Below, in pieces: positions 55,585-64,000 of a stretch of DNA of 64,000 bases. Origin of the DNA: an uncultured Planctomycetota bacterium (GTDB taxonomy: Bacteria > Planctomycetota > Planctomycetia > Gemmatales > Gemmataceae); NCBI GenBank assembly GCA_963849325.1, contig CAWKHF010000012.1:1184001-1248000 (forward strand). The letters are read 5' to 3'. Below the pieces are notes generated by a model that saw only the letters and a program-made list of their open reading frames with translations, searched no databases and was not told where the DNA came from. A program made the position numbers and the translations under genes. Position 1 is the stretch's first letter. The number at the start of each line of letters is the position of its first letter.

Positions 55585-56498
55585 AACGAGTGTTGCTGAC
55601 CGGCGCCGGCGGGTTCGTCGGCCGCCATTGTCTGCCGGAATTGATGGCGCGCGGCTACGAAGTCCACGCCGCCTCCCGGCAACCGCCCGCCGACCACGAC
55701 GGCGACGTCACCTGGCACCGGATCGATCTGTTCGACGGCCGGCAGGTCGAAGACTTGATGGCGCGGCTGCGTCCTTCGCATTTGCTCCATCTTGCCTGGG
55801 ACACCCGGCCGCGCCTGTACTGGACCTCGGCCGACAATCTCCGCTGGGTGCAGGCCAGCCTCTCCCTCATCCAGTCGTTCATCCATCACGGCGGCCGGCG
55901 CATCGTCGGGGTAGGCACCTGCGCGGAATACGACTGGTCGCACGGTTACTGCTGCGAGCGCGTGACGCCCCTGGCCCCGGCCACCCTTTACGGCCGCTGC
56001 AAACATGCGTTGCGGCTGATGGCCGAAGCCTACGCCGTCCAGCAGAACGTCTCCTGGGCCTGGGGCCGACTGTTTTTCCTCTACGGCCCACACGAACAAC
56101 CGCAGCGTTTCGTGCCTTCGGTGATCCGCGCCTTGCTCCAGGGCGAGCCGGCCCTCTGCACCCACGGCCGGCAACTGCGCGATTTCCTCTTTGTCGCCGA
56201 TGCGGCCTCGGCCCTGGCGGCCCTGCTCGACAGCGACCTGCGCGGCCCCATCAACGTCGCCTCGGGACAGGCCATCGCCTTGAAGGATCTCGCTCGCACC
56301 GTCGCCAACCTGCTGGGACGGCCCGAATTGCTCCGACTGGGGAGTTTAACGCCGCCGGCCGGCGATCCGCCGGTATTGCTGGCGAACGTGTCCCGCTTGG
56401 CCGATGAATTATCCTGGTCGCCACGCATTTCCCTTTCCGAAGGGCTGGACCAGACGATCGCGTGGTGGCACAACGCCGGGAGGCTAAAGGCGGCATGA
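55581..56498 (+). CDS. NAD-dependent epimerase/dehydratase (probable NDP-4-keto-sugar reductase)
   Basis: VLLTGAGGFVG, HLAW, GTCAEY, YGRCK, RLFFLYGP, RDFL.V.D. Confidence 0.85.
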   Translation: MKRVLLTGAGGFVGRHCLPELMARGYEVHAASRQPPADHDGDVTWHRIDLFDGRQVEDLMARLRPSHLLHLAWDTRPRLYWTSADNLRWVQASLSLIQSFIHHGGRRIVGVGTCAEYDWSHGYCCERVTPLAPATLYGRCKHALRLMAEAYAVQQNVSWAWGRLFFLYGPHEQPQRFVPSVIRALLQGEPALCTHGRQLRDFLFVADAASALAALLDSDLRGPINVASGQAIALKDLARTVANLLGRPELLRLGSLTPPAGDPPVLLANVSRLADELSWSPRISLSEGLDQTIAWWHNAGRLKAA

Positions 56499-57691
56499 AG
56501 ACAAACGACCCCGTTTGCCCCGTTTGCACCTCGGCCGACGCCCGGCCATTCCTGTTGCGCCCGTCGGTCGTGGTCCATCAAAACTTGTTGGTGGACCAGC
56601 CCGAACGAGCGCGCGAGCTAAAACGCGGCGATCTCCGTTTGTACTGCTGTCCCGCCTGCGGCTTCGTGTTCAATGCCGCCTTCGACCCCAGTCGCATCGA
56701 CTACGGCGGCAGCTACGACAATTGTCAGACCTTTTCACCCTTATTCGCCGCATACACCGAGCAGCTGGCGGGTGAATTGCTGCGAGACAAGGGGGTCCGC
56801 AATTGCCGTATTATTGAGATCGGTTGTGGGGAAGGAGCTTTCCTGCGGCGTCTGGTCGAGGGGGAGGGGGCGAACAATCGCGGCTGGGGTTTTGATCCCA
56901 GTTACGCCGGCTCGGACGTGGCCGCTGGCGGTCGGCTCCGCTTCGCACGTCGCTACTACGACGAGCAGTGTACCGACATCGCGGCCGACGTCGTTGTGTG
57001 CCGTCACGTCATCGAACACGTACACGATCCCGTCGGCCTGCTGCGAACCGTGTACCGTGCCCTGGCCGGCTCGCCGTGCCCACGGCTCTTTTTCGAGACC
57101 CCGTGCGTCGATTGGATCCTCGCCAACCAGGTGATCTGGGATTTCTTCTACGAACACTGCTCCTACTTCACCGCCGGCTCGTTGCGGACGGCCTTCGAGC
57201 GCGCCGGCTTCTCGGTCGTCGAAGTCCGCCACGTTTTCGGCGGTCAGTACCTGTGGCTGGAGGCGGTCAAGGGAGACGGTCTGAACACGGCCACGCGCCG
57301 GCCGGGAGAAACGGCCCGGCACGCCGCCGCCTTCGGCGAGATCGAACGAGGTCGGGTCACCGCCTGGACCGAGCGCGTCGAAGGATTGGTGAAGCGCGGC
57401 AAGGTCGCCATCTGGGGCGCCGGCGCCAAGGGCGTCACTTTCGCCAACCTCGTGGACCCCGGACAGCGTCTTCTCGATTGTGTCGTGGACGTCAATCCGC
57501 GCAAGAGCGGACGATACTTGCCCGGAACGGGGCACCCCATTGTCGGCCCGTCGATGCTGGATCGCCGCGACGTCTCGACCGCCCTGGTCCTCAATCCGAA
57601 TTACCGGGCGGAAATCGCCGCGTTGATGGCCAAACAGAAGAGTGATGCGTGCGTCCTCGATCTGATGCAAATGCAAGGGGGTTTGTCATGA
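56495..57691 (+). CDS. Second SAM-dependent (C-)methyltransferase-like protein
   Basis: CPVC...CPACGFVFN, IEIGCGEG, CRHVIEHV, DFFYEHCSYF, WGAGAKG, VDVNPRK. Confidence 0.85.
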   Translation: MKTNDPVCPVCTSADARPFLLRPSVVVHQNLLVDQPERARELKRGDLRLYCCPACGFVFNAAFDPSRIDYGGSYDNCQTFSPLFAAYTEQLAGELLRDKGVRNCRIIEIGCGEGAFLRRLVEGEGANNRGWGFDPSYAGSDVAAGGRLRFARRYYDEQCTDIAADVVVCRHVIEHVHDPVGLLRTVYRALAGSPCPRLFFETPCVDWILANQVIWDFFYEHCSYFTAGSLRTAFERAGFSVVEVRHVFGGQYLWLEAVKGDGLNTATRRPGETARHAAAFGEIERGRVTAWTERVEGLVKRGKVAIWGAGAKGVTFANLVDPGQRLLDCVVDVNPRKSGRYLPGTGHPIVGPSMLDRRDVSTALVLNPNYRAEIAALMAKQKSDACVLDLMQMQGGLS

Positions 57692-58473
57692 AAATGGTCC
57701 TGGATACGGACGCTCGGACGCTGACGCTCGAAGACGGCGAACGGCGACAGACCGCTCCGCTGTACGGCTGCGAGGCGTTCGCCTGGCTGTCGCGCGAATG
57801 GCTGCGTCTCGGCTGGGAGCTGAAGTACAGTTACCAGTTCTCCTGGCTGGGCCGGCCCATCATCCAGCTGCCGGAAGACCTGATGCGCGTCCAGCACGCC
57901 ATCCACCATCTCCGCCCCGACGTGATCGTGGAAACCGGCATCGCCCATGGCGGTTCGCTGATCTTTTACGCCAGCCTGTGCCAGCTCCTCGGCAAGGGGC
58001 GCGTGATCGGAGTGGACCTGACCATCCATCCCCACAACCGACAAGCCATCGAGGGCCACGAGCTGGCCCCGCGCATCACGCTGGTGGAGGGCGATGCCGT
58101 GCATCCGGCCGTGGTCGCCAAGGTCCGCGCCCTCATTCACCCCGGTGAGACGGTGCTGGTGCTGCTCGATTCCAATCACTGCCGCGAGCACGTCCGGAAG
58201 GAACTGGAAGCGTACAGCCCGATGGTGACGCCCGGTTCGTACATCGTGGCGACCGACGGCGTCATGAAGGACCTGGCGGACCTGCCGCGTGGGCAGGCCG
58301 ACTGGACCTGGAACAATCCCAACGCCGCCGCCGCGGAGTTCCTGCAGGGCCATCCCGACTTCGTCCACGAAGATCCGATCGGTCCTTTCGTGGAGACGCC
58401 GATCCGCGCGCCGATCACCTACTGGCCCGGCGGTTGGCTGCGTCGTGTGGTGCCGGCGGCTGCGGCGGCCTGA
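57688..58473 (+). CDS. CmcI / cephalosporin hydroxylase family (sugar O-methyltransferase-like)
   Basis: YSYQFSWLGRPIIQLPED, PDVIVETGIAHGGSL, LDSNH...V..EL..Y, GSYIVATD. Confidence 0.9.
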   Translation: MKMVLDTDARTLTLEDGERRQTAPLYGCEAFAWLSREWLRLGWELKYSYQFSWLGRPIIQLPEDLMRVQHAIHHLRPDVIVETGIAHGGSLIFYASLCQLLGKGRVIGVDLTIHPHNRQAIEGHELAPRITLVEGDAVHPAVVAKVRALIHPGETVLVLLDSNHCREHVRKELEAYSPMVTPGSYIVATDGVMKDLADLPRGQADWTWNNPNAAAAEFLQGHPDFVHEDPIGPFVETPIRAPITYWPGGWLRRVVPAAAAA

Positions 58474-58608
58474 GCGCTGCGTGCGGCCAGGGCCGCTCTT
58501 GCCGCTGGCGCGATCATTGTGTTATGGGATGGTCCGGTCAGGGAGGCGCCGCATCCGATGGCAGGATAGTTCCGCGGCCCCCAGTCAACGCCCTGGAGGG
58601 ACTCAGCC

Positions 58609-60030
58609 ATGTCCGCTCCCCGCTTCAGCATCGTCATCCCCACGCGGAACCGGGCCGCAACGCTGGCTTTCACGCTGCAAACCTGCCGGTCCCAGGCGTT
58701 CGAGGACTTTGAGGTTATCGTCAGCGATAACGACAGTCCGCCACAGACGCGCGCGGTCGTGGAAGCTTGCGCCGACAAGCGCGTCAAGTACGTGCGGACG
58801 CCGGCGCCTCTGGCAATGACCGATAGCTGGGAGTTCGCCTGCGAGCAGGCCAGCGGCGAGTTCGTCACCGTCATCGGCGACGACGACGGTTATCTCCTTC
58901 ACGCCCTGACGGAGATCGATCGCCTGTTGCGCCTGGTGGACGCGCGGGTGTTGCGCTGGGACTCGGTCCTCTACAACTGGCCGGACCTCGCCCGGCAGCA
59001 GTACGCCCAGCCCAATGGCCTGCTCATCCCGCTGCGAATGGAGAAGGCCCACCATGCCATTCGCGCGGTCGATGCCGCTGAGGTGGTCCCATTGGCCGCC
59101 AATTCGCAGCTCAATTATGCCGAATTGCCGATGATTTATTGTTCGGCGGTCCATCAAGACATTCTTCGGCAGCTCCGCCAGAAGACCGGCCGAGTCTTCA
59201 AGGGCCGGACCCCCGACATTTACAGTGCGTTCGCCATCGCCTGGATGGCGGGCACTTACCACACGGTCAATGCCCCCCTCAACATCGCCGGCCTTTCGGG
59301 GAAAAGCACCGGGGTCGCTCACCTGTTCGTCAAGGACCGCAATGCGGTGGACGAGGACTTTCGCACGCTCAACGATCGGGCGGGGCACTCCGTGCATCCC
59401 ATCGTTCCCGACCTGCCGCGGCTCCCCGCACTCGTCGCCGATGCCTTCCTGCATGCCCAAGACGCGCTCGGTTCGGCCGATCCCGCGTCCGTCCTCGATC
59501 GCAAACAACTGATCGCCAACTGTCTGCGCGAAACGGAAGCGGAAGGGGAATGGAAGCAGGTACTCGCGGTCTGCCGGCTCTCCCTGGCCGATGACGCCGA
59601 GCTGCTGACCTGGTTCGACTCCACCTACGGCGACCAGCCCTTTGACGCGCTCCCTCGGACGACGCGACGGCAGGTCGAGAAGCGTTACGGCGGCACCTAT
59701 CTCAACCTCGACGCCTCGGAATTCGGTGTCAGCGACGTTGCCAGCGCCGCCGTGCTGTGCGAGAAGCTGCTCGGTTACCAGCGCGACGGCGTGAACGCCA
59801 GCCTGCGGACGACGGCCGAAGCCGTGTCGCCGCTGTCGGAATTGCAAGAAAAAGAGGCGATGATTCAGCTTCTTGACCGGACGTGCCGGGAGCGGCTCGC
59901 CGTCATCGAACAGCTTACGGCTCAGGTGGAGGCACTGGAGTCCCAACGAGCCGTTCCGCCCCCAACGCCGACTCGGTTCCGCGATGTGCTGCGCCGCATC
60001 CTTCGTCGCGGGGCGCGGAAGGCGGCCTGA
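58609..60030 (+). CDS. GT2 glycosyltransferase with a C-terminal coiled-coil/basic tail
   Basis: FSIVIPTRNR, EVIVSDN, VIGDDD; tail LSELQEKEAMIQLLDRTCRERLAVIEQL. Confidence 0.88.
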   Translation: MSAPRFSIVIPTRNRAATLAFTLQTCRSQAFEDFEVIVSDNDSPPQTRAVVEACADKRVKYVRTPAPLAMTDSWEFACEQASGEFVTVIGDDDGYLLHALTEIDRLLRLVDARVLRWDSVLYNWPDLARQQYAQPNGLLIPLRMEKAHHAIRAVDAAEVVPLAANSQLNYAELPMIYCSAVHQDILRQLRQKTGRVFKGRTPDIYSAFAIAWMAGTYHTVNAPLNIAGLSGKSTGVAHLFVKDRNAVDEDFRTLNDRAGHSVHPIVPDLPRLPALVADAFLHAQDALGSADPASVLDRKQLIANCLRETEAEGEWKQVLAVCRLSLADDAELLTWFDSTYGDQPFDALPRTTRRQVEKRYGGTYLNLDASEFGVSDVASAAVLCEKLLGYQRDGVNASLRTTAEAVSPLSELQEKEAMIQLLDRTCRERLAVIEQLTAQVEALESQRAVPPPTPTRFRDVLRRILRRGARKAA

Positions 60031-60081
60031 AGTTGTTCGGAGCGTGAGAGGTTGTCCCGAGATCCTCTGTTGCGGTCTGTC

Positions 60082-60111
60082 TTGACCCCTTTGTTCGCAT
60101 CTTGCTATAGT
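60082..60111 (+). promoter_or_regulatory. Sigma70-like internal promoter
   Basis: TTGACC-N18-TATAGT with a TG extension. Confidence 0.55.
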
Positions 60112-60258
60112 CCCGCCGACGGACGCACCTCGCCGCGACGCACACCTCCTCGAACGAACGGAACGGGACGACCTTGTGATGACACGCCGATCGCCGTGCG
60201 CGAGTGAAGTATTCGCCTCCTTCGAGGGAGGACTGGTCCCTGGAGGCACGAGAGAATC

Positions 60259-62268
60259 ATGACGAACGCCTTGCCGCCTCGCCAGGATAACTCCTCGGTC
60301 CTCCAACCGCGCCGCGCCTCCGGTGCGCTGCGAATCGGGGTGAACCTCGTCGCGCTGAACAGCAACGGCGGCGGCATGCGCCAGTACGTCCTCCAGCTGT
60401 TGCCGTGGATGCTCCGCCAATCGGAACATCATCTCGTCCTCTTCTATCACTGGCGTAGCCAACCGACGATCGCTATTCTCTTGCGCCGCCTGCGACCGTC
60501 CGAACGCAACCGCGTTCGCTGCGTATTCATCGTCGATCAGGACGAAATCTTCGGCCACGCGGACGACTTCGACGTCTATTTCTGTCCGCTCAACTGCCTG
60601 GCGCCGGACCTGCTCGACCGGCCGACGCTGGCCATGCTCCCCGACATCCAAGACCACTTTTTCCCGCACTACTTCAGCGAGGAGCAGCGGTCGTTGCGCG
60701 ACTATTTCTACCCGCAGCGCTGCCGGGCCGTGACCACGTTGCTGACCATCTCGCAGTTTTCGCGGCAGACGATTTGCGACGCCTTCGAGCTGCCGCCGGA
60801 GAAGGTCCGCGCCATCCACCTCGCCGCCAACGACGAAGTCCGCGAGGCCCGGCCGGAGTGGCCCGACGCCCTGGGCGATCTGCCGGGGCGATTCCTCTTC
60901 TACCCGGCCAACCTGTATCCGCACAAGAACCACAAAGCCCTGCTCGACGCCGTGCGTCTGCTCAAGGAGCGCGGCCTCGACTGTGCTTGCCTGATGACGG
61001 GCCAGCCCTCCCAGCCGGGCATCGATATCGACGCGGAGATCCGCGCTCGCGGCTTGCAAGAGCAGGCCCGCTGGCTCGGCCACGTCAGCGCCGGCGCCTT
61101 GCGCCATCTCTACGAGAATGCCGTGGCCCTGTGTTTCCCCAGCGAGTTCGAGGGGTTCGGCATGCCGCTGGTCGAGGCGATGGAGTGCGGCTGTCCGGTC
61201 ATCGCCACGCCGGCGGCCTGCATCCCGGAGATCGTCGGCGACGCGGCGATGCTGATCGACGGCACGCCGGAGGCGCTGGCCGACGCCGTCGCCCGGCTGC
61301 TGCGCGACCGCGAAGCGCGGCGCGATCTGATCGCACGGGGGCGGGCTCGCGCTCGCCGTTTCCATCCGAGCCGTCTCGCTCAGGAAACGCTGGAAGCCAT
61401 CGAGGAAGCCGTGGTCCGCTTCTGGGAGCCGCCCTCCTCGTCCCGCGAGGCGCAGGCGATCACCTACGTCGTCCATCCCCGCGCGGGAGGCCGGGACCTG
61501 ATCGAGACGCTGAGCAGCCTGGCCTTCGAGGTGCGCGATCACGACGAGATCCTGGTCCTGGCGGAGCGCGACTCCCTGATGATGGACGCTCGAATCCTGT
61601 GCGAGAACTTGCGGATCGTCCGCTTCCTTCCACCGGACGCCTGGCTCGATGAAGTACACCATGACTACCTCTTTTATCTGCAAGAGGGCGGCCGGATCAG
61701 CGAAGGAGCGACGCAAGCGGCCCTGGCCGAGTTCGCCGAGGACTCCGACTGCCAGGCGGTGGTCGGTGAAGTGCTGGGACGCGACGACGGCGAGAAACTC
61801 GCACGAGTCGCCTATATGCCCCCACAGATGGATCGGCCTGGCCGGGTGGCGGCCACTGCCGGGAGAGACGCGGTCTCGTGGCGTGTCGAGGTTCGAGGCC
61901 AAATGCAGGAACCGCCTGCCGCGGCCGTCTTCTGGCGCACGGCTCATCTGCGGCGGCAGCGCCGCCTGCTGGCCGAAATGTCGTGGCCGATCCGGGCGCT
62001 GGAGATGGCCGAGGCGCAGGTGCGGGTGTGTTCGCGCACCTTCGCCAGCATCGCCGCTCCGTACACGATGCTCCGTCTCCGTGGACGGATACGCCCGATG
62101 ATGCGGCGTGTCGCCTTGGCGGTGCGTTGGTTGCCGCATCGGCTGCGTTCCCATCTGGGCCAATGGACCCGGAAACTGGGGTTGCGTCCGGAACGTCCCG
62201 TGCTGCCGACGACCGTTCGCCTGGCCGCCAGTTGGCGGACGGCCGACTCAACCGCGAAAGGGAGATGA
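60259..62268 (+). CDS. GT4 glycosyltransferase fused to a degenerate GT2-like domain
   Basis: PDIQD.FFP, FYPANLYPHKNH, FPSEFEGFGMPLVEAM; C-terminal ITYVV...ETLSSL...EILV. Confidence 0.85.
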   Translation: MTNALPPRQDNSSVLQPRRASGALRIGVNLVALNSNGGGMRQYVLQLLPWMLRQSEHHLVLFYHWRSQPTIAILLRRLRPSERNRVRCVFIVDQDEIFGHADDFDVYFCPLNCLAPDLLDRPTLAMLPDIQDHFFPHYFSEEQRSLRDYFYPQRCRAVTTLLTISQFSRQTICDAFELPPEKVRAIHLAANDEVREARPEWPDALGDLPGRFLFYPANLYPHKNHKALLDAVRLLKERGLDCACLMTGQPSQPGIDIDAEIRARGLQEQARWLGHVSAGALRHLYENAVALCFPSEFEGFGMPLVEAMECGCPVIATPAACIPEIVGDAAMLIDGTPEALADAVARLLRDREARRDLIARGRARARRFHPSRLAQETLEAIEEAVVRFWEPPSSSREAQAITYVVHPRAGGRDLIETLSSLAFEVRDHDEILVLAERDSLMMDARILCENLRIVRFLPPDAWLDEVHHDYLFYLQEGGRISEGATQAALAEFAEDSDCQAVVGEVLGRDDGEKLARVAYMPPQMDRPGRVAATAGRDAVSWRVEVRGQMQEPPAAAVFWRTAHLRRQRRLLAEMSWPIRALEMAEAQVRVCSRTFASIAAPYTMLRLRGRIRPMMRRVALAVRWLPHRLRSHLGQWTRKLGLRPERPVLPTTVRLAASWRTADSTAKGR

Positions 62269-63192
62269 TGTCCTCGGCGGACCCGAAAGTCGCGGTCGTC
62301 GTTCCGGTGCATGGGCGGCTGCCCCTGACGATACGGTTCCTCGAATCGTTTCGGCAGGTCGCGTACCGCAACGCCGTGGTGGTCCTCATCGACGACCGCT
62401 CGCCGGACGACACGGCCGACCACCTGGCCCGCCATTTCCCCGAGGTGAAAGTCCTGCAAGGCGATGGCAAACTGTGGTGGGCGGGCGGCACTAACAAGGG
62501 CGTGCGCTACGCGCTGGCTCGCCGCTTCCCCTACGTCCTGACCATCAACAACGACGCGATCGTCCATCCCGACTTCCTGGGCCGACTGGTCGAGACGGCG
62601 GAGGCGCACCCCGGCAGCATCGTCGGCAGCCGCATCAATTTCCTCGATGATCCCGGCAAAGTCTGGGCGATCGGCGGCTACACCAACTGGGAGGTCCATT
62701 TCATCCTCAACCTGTTCGACAACGACGTTGCCGAGGAGGACGTGCTGGAGCGGCGAAGCCACCCGTGGCCGGCGGAGTTTCTGACCGGCTGCGGCACCCT
62801 CGTTCCCACCGGCTGTTATCGCAAGATCGGACTCTATGACGAGCGCATGTGTCCGCAATATCATGCCGACTCGGAATTCACGCTGCGGGCCGGCAGCAAC
62901 GGCTATCGCATCCTGGTCGATCTGCGCGGTGGTTTACAACGACGTGCCGCACACCTGCCGCTTGCGACACCTGCTGGTGCGGCGCTCGCCCTTCTTCTGG
63001 AAGCCGATGCTCGCCCTGCACCTGCGCTACTGCCCGACGCGGCACCGGCTCAAGTCGCTGTGCCGGCAGTACGGCGAGACCGTGGTGGATCAGTTGTATC
63101 CGGCGCTGCCCGGCGACGGCGATCCGCCGTTCATCCGACTGCGAAAGGTGATGCAGCGCCTCAAGCGCCGCCTCCTGCGGCGCACGGCGTAA
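62265..63192 (+). CDS. GT2 glycosyltransferase (rhamnosyltransferase-like); frameshift near 62925
   Basis: VVVPVH, IDDRSPD, WWAGGTNKG, INND, GLYD, Y.AD.EF..RA. Confidence 0.88.
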
Positions 63193-63250
63193 ATGCTTTT
63201 ATTCCAAGAAACGACCTGTCCCATCGAAAGTGAGATTGGAGAAGAGAAAG

Positions 63251-64000
<750 letters not shown>

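Noticed and set aside
58603-62163. 1186-aa minus-strand ORF
   Set aside because: Antisense shadow of two clear glycosyltransferases; long stop-free antisense frames are expected with high-GC codon bias, and it has no motifs.

Overview
High-GC bacterial chromosomal window. Gene content (DUF1571, MoxR-DUF58-VWA operon, TadE/TadG arrays, giant VWA/secretin-N-like protein, TPR-sulfotransferase, Ser/Thr kinase, many REP-like palindromes) points to a planctomycete, probably Gemmataceae-like; this is inference. Many genes are split by 1-2 nt indels, most likely long-read consensus errors, so CDS coordinates are reconstructed across frames. Order: giant Gly-rich surface protein and TPR-sulfotransferase; RluA, DUF4392 and DUF1445 (split D-glutamate-cyclase-like pair); RcnA-like Ni/Co transporter; prenyltransferase-repeat protein; sigma54-type promoter, receiver protein and orphan groES; DUF1571; a MotA/TolQ/ExbB gene with two ExbD-like genes; NHL protein; DUF433/DUF5615 TA pair with a deleted toxin; a VWA-MoxR-DUF58 operon interrupted by small insertions; a divergent Tad pilus locus with kinase and FHA genes; a giant VWA/secretin-N-like gene; and a 20-kb ABC-exported polysaccharide cluster with GDP-fucose and CDP-C-methyl-deoxysugar pathways. 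The strongest non-gene signal is a dense set of palindromic elements: inverted 7/9/10-nt tandem microsatellites (plus solo arms, one of them an 8-mer) and REPIN-like doublets. They occupy all four junctions of the plus-strand tad operon and about half of those in the polysaccharide cluster, and in several cases have been recruited into protein-coding sequence. No rRNA, tRNA, CRISPR array or transposase was recognised.
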